A stretch of 53,894 nucleotides of DNA from Octopus bimaculoides. Taxonomy: Eukaryota. The stretch covers positions 36,869,368-36,923,261 of the forward strand of contig NC_068986.1 in assembly GCF_001194135.2 (NCBI RefSeq). The letters run 5' to 3'. Below the pieces are notes generated by a model that was not told where the DNA came from, made no database searches, and was given only the letters and a program-made list of their open reading frames with translations. How positions within the stretch are numbered: the first letter of the stretch is position 1; every line of letters begins with the position of its first letter. Both the position numbers and the translations under genes were made by a program. Shown one piece after another: positions 39,763 through 52,289 of this stretch.

Positions 39763-39959
39763 CTGGATGTATGTATATGTGTGCATGTGTATGTTAGTAC
39801 ATGTGTATATGAGTGTATGTCTATGTGTTTGTATGTGTGTCTATATATGCGCTATTTCACTTTTTGTATTTAATAGTATTCTTCCGAGAAAAGGAACTGG
39901 TTTTTAACAAAGAAACTAAAGATCTATCTCTAGAATTTGGATAACAACACCAATATTTT

Positions 39960-40128
39960 TTACATGTCGAACTTAAGAAACTCTTGCATATTTTTACTGT
40001 TCCACTTTCAGTTGAAGAGCGTAGGCTCGAAACGTCAAAGACTTTCTCTATTCCCGAGCGTTAAACTAATAATCCATTTGTTGTTTACACCACCTGTCTT
40101 CGTCTGCTGTTTTTTCGTAAATTCTCCC
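39960..40128 (+). mobile_element. Probable Penelope-like terminal repeat (pLTR) with a hammerhead-like motif, ending at a (TAGA)n run
   Basis: CTTTCAGTTGAAGAGCGTAGGCTCGAAACGTCAAAG has minimal type I hammerhead geometry, the kind known from PLE termini. Left boundary approximate. Confidence 0.6.
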
Positions 40129-40168
<40 letters not shown>

Positions 40169-40305
40169 GCTCCAATGAAACTATAAGGTGTTACTCAGCC
40201 ACTCAATTGAGTCCATTGCATTTTATAGCAGAAACAGCTGTAAGCTAATGAAGTTCCTATGATAATCGTTTATTCCTTTGTCATCTCATTTTCTTATACA
40301 CACAA

Positions 40306-40349
<44 letters not shown>

Positions 40350-40916
40350 TCACTCACTCACACACACATGCACACACATATGCACACACACACACACACA
40401 TGATGCTTTAACAAGACAGAAAGGAAGAGGTAATCATCAGGTGGTGATCAGTCGAGTCACGGATATTATTCCAATTCGCTTTCCACTATTATCTATTCCA
40501 CCCATTTTATACTTCTATGCACGTAACAGATTCTTTATTCTGCTCTCTTCTAAAATACAAACCTTCCTTGTCACTGAAAACAAATCAGTATTAATAAGAT
40601 ATTTCTTTATCTATTTATTCACTCATTTTTTTTTTCACCATGCTTTCCTACCGAGAGCTTCAAAAAAGTAACAAAGAGGAATCATATTTCAAGATCTCAC
40701 CATATGGGTCTATTGTGTTATTCCTCAGCTTGAGACAATTTTTAATTCATTCGCCATTCAACAAGAAATTTTCTCTTAGCAGGGAAGTCATGAATAATAA
40801 TATAACAATCGACCACTTTTGAAAAGATTGTACAAGGTTTCAATATTTAATAAAAGCAATAAACTTAACCAATGGGACTGAATCTTTTTTTTTTACATTT
40901 TGTTTATTCTTCTTTC

Positions 40917-40947
<31 letters not shown>

Positions 40948-41166
40948 CATTCTTTTCAAATATTCAAACGGTTTTATACAGCAGAACAGAACAGGGCAGC
41001 TTTCATTTCAGCAAATTTTTTGTATTACATGTTGCAGGATGTGACATTCCATAGCATATCTGTTTCAATGCAGAAAGCATAAAATTTGAAGCCACCGGTT
41101 GATGTTTAATGCAAATATATGTATGAGTGTGTATATGTGTATATATACACATATATATAATGTATG

Positions 41167-41256
<90 letters not shown>

Positions 41257-41530
41257 GTGCGTGTGTGTATGTATATATATACCTATGTAAATATATGTGT
41301 GTGGGGATGCGTAGAAGTGAAAATTTATATATATACAGAACAAATAGTGAAGGATTATCAATCCCAGCAAAATAGTCCATATGCTCTATGTTAGAACACC
41401 AGACTAAAAATATTACTTACATTAGTGAAGGAGTCCATGTAATCTATTGGCAGGGTCCCCAGTTATGGTTAATCATAACTCAACATTATTATTAAGGTGG
41501 CGATTCTATCAGCTCAGCTCGCCACCTTAA

Positions 41531-41705
41531 TAATAATGGTTTCAAATTTTGGCACAAGGCCCCAGTGCTTGATTGGTACTTACTTTATCGACCCCAAAAC
41601 GATGAAAGGTAAAGTCACCCCAGTGGACTTTGAACTCACGACTTCAAGACGGGCGAAATACCGCTAATCATTTTTCCTGGTCTGCTAACGATTCCGACAG
41701 CTTAA
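41531..41705 (-). mobile_element. SINE family B (tail variant GTTTCAAATTTTGGCACAAGG)
   Basis: TGGTACTTACTTTATCGACCCCAAAACGATGAAAGG and TTTGAACTCACG..GAAATACCGCTAA. Confidence 0.85.
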
Positions 41706-41844
41706 ATCATAAATGTTACATTGTAAAGCAGAACATATGTTTTGCTAAGTAAATTTCTTCCTTATTTCTGAGTACTTTGATTATGATCAAAGTGTAGCAC
41801 TTTTAGTGAACATCAACAGTTGAAGTAACAAATGATTGATGAAT

Positions 41845-42464
41845 AACCATTTGTTTATTTCTCTACATTCACCACAAAATTACAGTTAACATAATTACGT
41901 GAAGTCAGCTGATGAGTAGACAGCATTGTTTTACGTCAACAGTCAGCACAATTAAATCGCAGCAGTTTAGCTAAATGTAGATAGGTACCATATAGAGGCT
42001 CAAATGCATGCAGCTGATGCACCGTATAACACTGTGTAACACGATTTTTGTTCTTGAGTAGCAACTGTTATTTCTTATTTACTTACCTCTAGAAAGTATG
42101 AAAAACGTCTAATATTTCCTTTTATATTTATTCAAACCCCAAAGAATCCCACTCAAGACATTGCTATGATGCTCCCCTATTATACCTGTTCATGATCAGA
42201 GATGCACATTTTGTCAGCTACTCAGGGTAAATAAGAAATAACAGTTGCTACTCAAGAACAAAAATCGTGTTACACAGTGTTATACGGTGCATCAGCTGCA
42301 TGCATTTGAGCCTCTATATGGTACCTATCTACATTTAGCTAAACTGCTGCGATTTAATTGTGTTGACTGTTGACGTAAAACAATGCTGTCTACTCATCAG
42401 CTGACTTCACGTAATTATGTTAACTGTAATTTTGTGGTGAATGTAGAGAAATAAACAAATGGTT
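41845..42464. repeat. Long inverted repeat: 238-bp arms (41845-42082 and 42227-42464), 144-bp spacer, one mismatch
   Basis: Base-by-base comparison shows identical arms except G41946 opposite T42363. Confidence 0.97.
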
Positions 42465-42993
42465 TCAAATTTTGGCACAAGTGGTTATGGTCACGCAATG
42501 GTATTGAACAGAATATTTGCTACAACGATATTTCTGCTTCAGCAGCTCAGCGCTAAATCTGTTTGAAATGTAATGGCAAACATTTCAGTTTCAAAACATT
42601 GATGTCCAGGTCAAAAAGCAAATTTTGAAGGGAATAGTAGTCATTTTCTTTGATTTCTAGATAGAAGCAAATAGGAAGTAATACTTACTGACCAGAGACA
42701 AGAAAATAATTAAAATTTTGTTACACAGTGTAATCCACTAGTGTTTTGTAAGTTTTCCGAGATGAATTCAATCCCTATTTTGGGTATGTATTGTAGAAGA
42801 ACATGCTCCGCCAAAATAACTATCGTTAGATACAATACATCACAGCATAGTATTTATAAGTTCTCTGCCAAATTTATGCGTTAGTAGATCCTGGAATTCA
42901 TTACTTCCTACATTCACTCGATATTTAGCCTTGAGAGTCCTAATTTTCTAAGTAGTCTTGGACACTGAATTTGGGCTTTGGAAAGGGACATTT

Positions 42994-43205
42994 GTGAAGA
43001 TGCATGGCTTAGTGGTTAGGATGTTGCACTCACGAACGCAAGATCGTTGTTTCAATTTCCGGCAAAACATTTCATTTCTCATTGCTGGAGTCCACTCAGC
43101 TGTAAACGAATGACCCTGCGACCATTTTGAGGAAATGTTGCAATCTCGGTTACTTAATCGCCATGGAAACCGGATACTCGGGCCTATAAGTCTTAAGACA
43201 CGCAA
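42994..43205 (+). mobile_element. SINE family C head with partial CORE and V-like remnants
   Basis: GTGAAGATGCATGGCTTAGTGGTTAGG, GCTGGAGTCCACTCAGCTG, ACCCTGCGA and GCCATGGAAACCGG. Confidence 0.7.
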
Positions 43206-43770
43206 GTAGTGTATGGATGACATAATTAGGTATAGCCCTTTCCACGACGGAAGCGGTGCTAAATAATATATAAATGACAGAATGTTTGTTATTTTTAAGA
43301 ATTGGTATCGAATCTTTCCCTAAAGCATATCAAATTATACAATATGGACATCATCAGTAATATTACACAAGAGACACCAAAAGTAGTAATTGGATAGCAG
43401 GGACCTTCAATCAATTAATAAATCAATCAGACGACATTTTGTCTATTTGAATTCTGTTCGATCTTTATTTCAGACGACACCAGTTGCAAACAGACAGACA
43501 TTTTATGATAGTAAATAATATTCTTTAATGCAAGCAGATAAAAACAATAAGTGACGCAGACGAAGTATTGACAAAATATCGACAAAATATTGACAGAATA
43601 TTGACAAGCAGTGTTGTGGACTGATTATTGTAATAACTGGAACCAACTTCAATGATTCAATCGTTTATTTCGATTACATTCAATGATTGTTTCTCTTGTA
43701 TATACAACTCATCAGATTTGCAATTCCGAAAGCTGGCTAATAGCACCAGGAAGTTTGTTTTCAACTCATG

Positions 43771-43812
43771 GTGTTGTTGCTGTTGTTGTTGTTGTCGTCG
43801 TCGTCGTCGTCG

Positions 43813-43880
<68 letters not shown>

Positions 43881-43890
43881 GCTGTTGTTG
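43771..43890. repeat. (GTT)n with an internal (GTC)n patch
   Basis: Directly visible. Confidence 0.97.
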
Positions 43891-44309
43891 GCGATGATGA
43901 TAATTTTGTTGTCGTAGTGTCTAGTTAGAATCACGTTGAATTATTTCAAAAATGGAGTTTTTCATCCCTTGAGAGTTTTGTGTGTGGAATTTGTGTACAA
44001 TGCAGTAAGTTTTCTCCCCAACGCTACCACCACAAGATGTAAATGATGTGCCTTGAGCTTATATATGTACACCTAATACTTTTCAATCGCATCTAAATAT
44101 CCTATTCTCCGGCATTCACTGTTGAAATATTCCAGTTTTATTATCCACCTGAGTTACGCTAAATAATTTCATTACCAGGTAAACTGCATGTCTTTCTTGT
44201 ATATCATTCAATGATGGCAGTGAGCCATAGATTGTCCAAACGCCTTACAAAACTTTCGCATAATATCGAGCAATATTCGTGCTGTTCTTTTAGCTGTTGC
44301 TGTTACTTT

Positions 44310-44480
44310 CGTTTTGTTGTTCTGAGTTAGCCCTGATCAAGTAGGCCTATAACCATAGACATTCCAGCCGAGACCATCCCTTCTTTTAGGGAATATTCAA
44401 GACTATATGATCCAAAATACTCTTTCCTTTAAAAAATAAACGGCGGGCGTGGGCTTTGAGCGAGATACGGCAGTTGTTTC
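44310..44480 (-). mobile_element. Family D copy
   Basis: GTTAGCCCTGATCAAGTAGGCCTAT..ACATTCCAGCCGAGACCATCCC, the best-preserved copy. Confidence 0.7.
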
Positions 44481-44599
44481 TAGCAAAAAGAGTGAACAGA
44501 AACACAGTAGTTTTCATTTGGGAATTTCTAATTTCAATATTTTCATGTTGCCAGTGCGACAGCAGAATCGTTAGAACTTTGAAAGACCTGCTTACTAAC

Positions 44600-44762
44600 A
44601 TTTATTCAAACCTTCAATGTTATGAGGTCAAATCCCGCATAGATCATACCTTTCTTTCATCCAAGGTCGATAAAATACACTAGTCACATACTGGGTTCGA
44701 TATAATCAACTACTCCTCTCCCCTCAAAACATTTAGTTTTGTACCTATGTTGTAAACAATAT
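44600..44762 (+). mobile_element. SINE family B, decayed
   Basis: CTTTCATCCAAGGTCGATAAAATA and CTGGGTTCGATATAATCAACT. Confidence 0.7.
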
Positions 44763-45134
44763 TTTTGCGTTTTATATTATAAGATTTCCCAACGTAATTT
44801 GAATAGAAATAATTTGCTTGGTTCCTTTAATTTAATTTTCAAGAAACAGCATTATACTAGCTGCTGAAATACATTTTAATCAACTCTTTCCTTTGTTAGA
44901 TTAGATTATGTTTACTCGTTGATGAGGATATTGTAAGAATTTCGAAACACGGAGACCTTTGGTATCGTTTACAGCTAGAATGTATGCGAAATACAATTAC
45001 GTAGTTTTATAGAAGAGGGTAGCCCCTATTTATGTATGCATGTGTGTGTGTACGTACACACATATGAATATACATACATATATATATATGTGTGTGTGTG
45101 TACGTACACACATGAATATACATACATATATATA

Positions 45135-45199
<65 letters not shown>

Positions 45200-45990
45200 N
45201 NNNNNNNNNNNNNNNNNNNNNNNNNNNNNNNNNNNNNNNNNNNNNNNNNNNNNNNNNNNNNNNNNNNNNNNNNNNNNNNNNNNNNNNNNNNNNNNNNNNN
45301 NNNNNNNNNNNNNNNNNNNNNNNNNNNNNNNNNNNNNNNNNNNNNNNNNNNNNNNNNNNNNNNNNNNNNNNNNNNNNNNNNNNNNNNNNNNNNNNNNNNN
45401 NNNNNNNNNNNNNNNNNNNNNNNNNNNNNNNNNNNNNNNNNNNNNNNNNNNNNNNNNNNNNNNNNNNNNNNNNNNNNNNNNNNNNNNNNNNNNNNNNNNN
45501 NNNNNNNNNNNNNNNNNNNNNNNNNNNNNNNNNNNNNNNNNNNNNNNNNNNNNNNNNNNNNNNNNNNNNNNNNNNNNNNNNNNNNNNNNNNNNNNNNNNN
45601 NNNNNNNNNNNNNNNNNNNNNNNNNNNNNNNNNNNNNNNNNNNNNNNNATATATATATATATATATATATATAAATATATAGGTGACATAATTAACTTGC
45701 TCAGGACCGACTAAAATCATAGTTCAAGCTGCTTCCTAAAGTACTGAATAATGTGCTCTGCATCCGCATCTGTTTATATATGTGTATATTTATGTTTTTG
45801 TATATATGTGTGCGTTACTGCATGCGTGTATAGTTATATACGTATGTGCGTACGTATCTGTACTTATGTGTACACATGTGTGTTTGTATATGAATACGTA
45901 TGTGTACGCATATGCATGTGTCATACATTAGCGCATCTACTTGTATGCACGCATGCATGTCGATGTTTAGACGTATTTGAATAATATGTA

Positions 45991-46229
45991 CAGGGTTGGC
46001 CAAAAGTCACCTGACAGTAGATAAAAACGCATTTAATTCCAAGATTAAAACAAAAAATCATTTTATATGAGACTTCGCTAATAAATAGACAAATGTTGAA
46101 CAAAAATGGTGATTTTAACTCATGGCATTCAATTATTAAACATTCATAATTAGAATGAATCAATAAAATTGAATATTAAGTATTTATGAAATTTTTGGCT
46201 CACTGTCGGGTGACATTTGGCCAATCATG
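45991..46229. mobile_element. Tc1/mariner-type MITE
   Basis: TIRs CAGGGTTGGCCAAAAGTCACCTGACAGT / ACTGTCGGGTGACATTTGGCCAATCATG, TA on both flanks, AT-rich non-coding interior. Confidence 0.9.
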
Positions 46230-46920
46230 TATGTGTGCGTGTGCAGTCGTATATGTGTGTAGGCAGATTTATCTGGTTCCAAGAGAACAAAGGCATAATG
46301 AAACTTATGTAAAACAACGTAGTTGTCGAAATTAAACTGGATATAAGGAGAATATAATAAAGAGTTAATGTACGGAATACAAACTCTTCTTACAGCTAAC
46401 AAAGGAAAATGGCGTGTGCCATACACAAAATGTTTATTGTTGAATTTAAACGCCTTCTGTCGTGTATTTGGTTTTCAAGTTTTATTCATTGCATTTAAGT
46501 TGTTATAATATTTAATCAAATTAAATGAAAAGATGGAAAAAAGACAAAAATCTCTCTACCGAATACAGAATGGTTCGTGTGTTTTGTGTGTCAATACTTA
46601 TCGTAACTGATATCATGGTGTAATTCATATGCAGCTCTTTTGTAAGCATTCTGCAACAAAGATAAATGATGGACATTTTCTTTTAAACCCTCATGTATTA
46701 TGCTTAGCTGGGAGATGCTGTCTGAGTACGCACTGTAGGCAATGCCTACAAAGACTAAATCCATAAATATTAACTGTTAAACAAAAGGAAGTGAATTACT
46801 TCTAATTCATTATCAAAATGCTAAATGAATATATAAAATACTGTGTACAATTTAGTAAACGGCTGTTATTTGGATGTTAGGCAGGCACAATAACCGCTGT
46901 CATTTAAGTTCAATCTGTAC

Positions 46921-47087
46921 ACTAGTGTGAAACACTAGTTTTTGAAATATTAAAATTAAAAATATTATTATTTCTAATTTTTAGTATTTTTAATTTTAAT
47001 ATTTCAAAAACGTGAAAACTTATAAGAAGGACAGTATATATTATTATTTCTAATTTTTAGTATTTTTAATTTTAATATTTCAAAAAC
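46921..47087. repeat. Combined hairpin, 27-bp inverted repeat and 50-bp direct repeat
   Basis: ACTAGTGT-GAA-ACACTAGT; IR 46938-46964 / 46985-47011; DR 46962-47011 / 47038-47087. Confidence 0.92.
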
Positions 47088-47472
47088 TTTAATAATATAT
47101 AGGTATATAAAGGGTTCTTAATGCATCTCTGAAGAACGGAATTACTAACAATAAGATTATCTTTAGATCACTTTGCGATTGTAGTAATATCCGTGAAACG
47201 ATCGTAAGATATTTTATTTTATTCTTTTAACTTTAGGCTTCTTTATATTTTATATTTATATTTTATATTTTAGAATTTATAATATTCATGCTTATTTACA
47301 CCTANNNNNNNNNNNNNNNNNNNNNNNNNNNNNNNNNNNNNNNNNNNNNNNNNNNNNNNNNNNNNNNNNNNNNNNNNNNNNNNNNNNNNNNNNNNNNNNN
47401 NNNNNNNNNNNNNNNNNNNNNNNNNNNNNNNNNNNNNNNNNNNNNNNNNNNNNNNNNNNNNNNNNNNNNNNN

Positions 47473-47505
<33 letters not shown>

Positions 47506-49624
47506 TGTATGTATATGCAGTAAATATATGAGGATATATGCAGTAAATATGGCATCGATAATTTAGAATTCTTCTACCAAGGTAAAGAAGAAAAAGATGC
47601 TATACTTTCTTACAACAATCAGCAACGTCAATGCTTTTGATGCTAATCGCCTGAATCAAGTTAGTAATAGAAAGAACCTGAAGATTATTTTTCTAGTGTG
47701 AAGTTCATTAATTTATAAAGGTAAAAAAAACCTTACTAGTTATTTATCTGGGTTTTTCTTTTTTTTTTTTTGCAGTATTTGATTGACTAATTATGCGGTT
47801 GCTACATAACTATATAGTTACTTCACATTTTGATCATTCTCACAATTATTCGTAATCAAAAAAAAGTTCGAAGACATAATAAGGTATCTTCTAGCTAGTG
47901 CAATAAATGAGATTGATGCATTTGGTTCTGCAAGATATCTCTAAGTAGGCCAATAAATACCTCACTCCTCAGGTGCAACAGGTTCATAGAAAGAAAAGTT
48001 GATTAAAGAAACGATGGAACGAAATCTGAGAAAAGTAAATTTGTGCAAAAGAAATTTGCTTAATTTAGTAATAATTATTGCAGACTTCTCTTCATTAGCT
48101 GTTTATAACTATCAGCCACTAGTTAATTAGCACCTGGTTTCCATATACCGACTTTAAAATTGTAAATCCTCACACAAATCGTCGCAAAATTAATAATAGC
48201 ATCAGATATCATTCACGCAGCTTTGACTACAGCGTTACTATTCACTTATTTTGTTTCCAAAACACAAGATTTAAAAAACAAAAGGGCAGGGTATCAGTGA
48301 GCTACAGTATATCTAAATAGTTCGCTATTCTTGCGGCAGCCATTAATAAATAAAACTTAACTTTACATAAATTTACTTTACTGGTTGGAGAGACGTTTCA
48401 TTAACAATGCTGGTTATAAACTTATAAATAGTTGTGCATCAATGATATCATGTAGTTAAACAATGACAAGATGTGGTAAAATGGCAGTTAGCTCATCGGA
48501 TAGAATGACTCGTAGTATTTGCTTTGGTAGTTAGTACTCTGAGGTCAACTTTTAATTTTTTCGGACTTGAAAAATATAGAAATGCAACTTAACAATCATT
48601 TGTAGTATATACAATGATCGTTTGACCTGCACATGTGATGTGTTTTGCCCATGATAACTATAAAATGTTATGACACTAAATTCACTGATTGAATTTAGTG
48701 TTATAACATTGAAGTCGGCTTATGAAATTTAACCTTTTGACGATGCCATGTAGCACAGCAGACTTTTGACATTTCAGTTCAACACTTTATTTGCTCGGTT
48801 AGATTCGACTTTCTTCGTAACTATTTCTTACAAGACCATGTATTTGGTTTCTTTTATTCTTTCCTTGGTTTCAGCCAGAGGCAGTGACCATGTTGGAACA
48901 TCGCCATTGTAGAGAATCTGATCAACATTTGTAGTAGGCTGGTGAGGTTTTTTTATCGATTGAGAGACGTTGCTATCAGAAAACAAAGAGCTGAAACAGA
49001 TACGGAAGGCATCTCCGTCTGACAGTTCCGTCAAGCCTCTGCCTTCCATTGGTACTTTTTTTATGGACCCTGAAATGAGAAAAAATAAAGCTGACCTCGG
49101 CAGGGTCTGAATTCAGAATGCAGTAACTGTCAGAACATACACCACGAGGTATTCTATCCAAATCTACCAATTCACTTTCTTTTAGAATGCTACCAAAGTC
49201 ATCCAAAGGCAAAATGGTTGTGATTGTGATAAATGAAAGATGTGAAACAGATTCGAAACCTTTGTGAATTACATGTAACGCATGCAGTGCTGATTTGTTC
49301 CTGTTTCTATTTAACTATTTATAACAATTATTTGAACTCGTGTACGTCAATGAAGTACCACGAGAGCAGTTGTATAAGGTTCTACCGTTTGTCCAAGTGT
49401 TATTTTGATGTTGCTGTGTTTAACCTCAAGTCTGTTCTTATTAAGTTGACCTATGAACAAGGACCTTCCCGTACATTGTCCAATGAAGCCATACTTTTCT
49501 TGAAGACTTTGGGGGTGTAATTTGAAGTAACTTTGATTTCTGTTTCTTACAGATCAGCAAAGAGAAAGATCTTCCTTTGGCGGTTCGTTGCATTAATGCT
49601 AAAAAATAGTTATTTACTTTTAAA

Positions 49625-49828
49625 TATTTGTTTCAAATTTTGGTACAGGTCCTGCAATTTGGGGGAAAGGGTAATTCGATTACACCGACTCCAGTGTTCA
49701 ACTGGTACTTATTTTTTCGACCCCGAAAGGATATGAAAGTCAATCTCAGCAGAATTTGAACCTAAAAACGGACGAAATGCCGCTAAGGATTTTGTTCAAC
49801 GTGCTTAATAATTCTGTCAGCTCAGCTC
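49625..49828 (-). mobile_element. SINE family B
   Basis: GTTTCAAATTTTGGTACAGG tail, CTGGTACTTATTTTTTCGACCCCGAAAGGAT and GGACGAAATGCCGCTAAG. Confidence 0.85.
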
Positions 49829-49914
49829 TTTCGATTTACATTTTGAATATTAACATTAGTTCAGATGATGTAGATCACTTTTTAGAAAAAAATATAAATT
49901 GTTAAATGTTATTG

Positions 49915-50300
49915 TAACTTAGCACTAGATCAACCCTGATCGAGAAGACCAACAATGAAAGACATTCCAGTCGTGATTATCTCGTCTTGTTTGGTATTTT
50001 GCTTAAATTTTTTTTAATAAATACACTGTAAGAGTTGTTGTTGTTGTTCTTCTTGTTCTTGTTCTTTTTGATGCTGCTACTACTGTTGCTGTTATTGTTG
50101 TTGTTCTTGTTAATGTTGTTGTTGTTTGACCCCTACGCCAGCGCTTACCAGTCATACCTATGGTGAAAGGCATCCCATCGACTTTTCGTTCGCTGCTTAC
50201 TATTGACTATATTACCCAATGTGTTCTTTCGGAATTTAAAGTGGTAACGTTTGATTTGAGGAATATTTCACTGTTATCACTAGCAAGTTGAATGCCGGTT
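49915..50300 (-). mobile_element. Two family D copies separated by a (GTT)-rich tract
   Basis: CAACCCTGATCGAGAAGACC..AAGACATTCCAGTCGTG and GTTTGACCCC..ACCTATGGTGAAAGGCATCCC. Confidence 0.65.
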
Positions 50301-50933
50301 TGTCGGTTCGTTTATCAGCGTTTATTTAGACATTCTCTAAAACAGTAGTTTTTAGTTCATGCCCCACTCCTTGAAATCGTTCATTTGTCTGATTCCTTTA
50401 GACATTATTAGTGGAAAATGTACCTCAGTTTTGTAATAAATGGCTGATAATAGAAAGGGGTCACTTTCGAGAAAGTTAAAATCCTTTAATAAAAATAGAA
50501 TTTATTAAATTTACCAAATAAAAACTAAATTTGTAATATTGTTTTTGTTTGGTTTTGAAATCTATTTCTATAAATATTTCAAAATTGATAATTTGTATTG
50601 AAAACAATTTCTGAGCAAAAATTTAAAATAATAAACAAAGATGTTAAATCTCAATTTTCAAAGCTAGCCTGTTTTCTACCATTGACGTAGCAAACTCCAT
50701 AAAAATATCAGAATCTATTAATTGCACATTTAGTCTCTATTATTCTATTTCACAAAAACAAGAATAGTTTGTGTGTTTAATAAAACAAACATTTATACTC
50801 AAACACTTTTTTCTGATGTAATACACATAACAAGAGAAAAAAATTCTATTGACACCCAGAAAGATATTAACTTCTAAAAAAAATATTTTTTGAGCACAAA
50901 AATAAAAACATATTACATTTTTATTGTATTTAT

Positions 50934-52061
50934 TCTGTGAAATCCTTGTGGCAGATGCAGTTTCGCAAGATTTTCAGCATCATTATCCATGGTTGTTAGG
51001 GGCAAACAAAGATCATCTCTACGTATAATACCTGAGTGGTTGTAAGCTTTTGATTGTAAGGAAGACACTCTGGAAACAACCGACCCAACTAGGTAAAGAA
51101 GTAAGAAAAGCAATAAAATATAATTTTACTTCCAGCCAAAACAATGAGAATTTCAGAGCAATTTCACTACTTGTCCATAAGCTATTGAATCTACGAATAA
51201 TTAAATTTAGTTTTATCACTCTGCAATTCAAAACAGGAAATGCTGTCTGATATCAACATCAGCTGCATTTGTCTCGAATGGGTCTACCACCTAAATTGGA
51301 AGGTCCACTTCCAGAAGATCTTTGAACCTAATTTCCATATCATTACGCAGATTTTTCAAATGCTCATTGTACACTAGAATAACATCCATTTACAGCCCAA
51401 CCATAATAGTCGTGAGGGCTGGAAAATGCATCAAAACTTTGAGCCCAATATTTAACCAGAATATATTAAGTTTTCCAAGTAAAGCACCAACAGTTTCTTT
51501 GCAACTTACAAAAAGCAAAGAATGATTTTACGTTGTAGCTGTTTGTTCTATAAATTTAGCTTCAAAATATCTCAAAGGTAGATGTCACATTTGGCAACTA
51601 GGATTTCTTCTCCATGCTACTGACAATTCGGAAACATTATAACACTGTCTCAAACTTCAACAAAGCAATGCTGGCAATTACCCTGATAGATTGTCACTAG
51701 ATATATGAACTTCATCGCAGTAACATATTTAATTCATACGAGACTTTCCAATGCCAACTTGATACTTTATAATTCATGATTAAATTATTATCGAAGCTAT
51801 TATGAATGATGAATTATTATCAAATCATTCTTTATTTTTTCTGTCTTGACAGAACTTAAGATACAGCAAATGCATTGTATGTGAGTGTACGTATGGTTTA
51901 ATAATTTGTTAAAGATTTAAAGACAGTAGTAGAAAATTTTAAAAAGATACAGAGTAGTAATCGTGAGGCATCCTTCACTGAGCCTGTGTCTACTTACCTA
52001 GTTCTCAAATTTTTCTGTAACCTCACTGAATTTTGCCATGACCTCAGGTTAGAAAACACTG
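50934..52061 (-). mobile_element. hAT (Charlie/Buster-type) transposon relic
   Basis: VYNEHLKNLRNDMEIRFKDLLEVDLPI*VVDPFE and LYLVGSVVSRVSSL..IIRRDDLCLPLTTM..LHLPQGFH (dimerisation domain). Candidate TIR CAGTGTTTTCTAACC at 52061-52047 with flank CTCTAAAA. Confidence 0.85.
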
Positions 52062-52289
52062 CTCTAAAAGAAATATGTCATTAATCGATGACTATTGGTT
52101 ACCCAGATCAACAGTTAAAATGTCTTCACATTCAACTTCAAGAGGATGGCTACCAGTAATTCTTTCCAGCTACGATAATGTAAAATACCAGTCAAATACT
52201 TCGGCTCGATTTATTCCACTCTGCATTGTGTTTATGCTTTAAACCATTTTTACGTTTTTTGTCTTCCTTCATTAATAGATGCAGCCATA

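Noticed and set aside
41904-41945. CTGATGAG inside the long inverted repeat, a possible hammerhead box
   Set aside because: No helix II followed by GAAA downstream.
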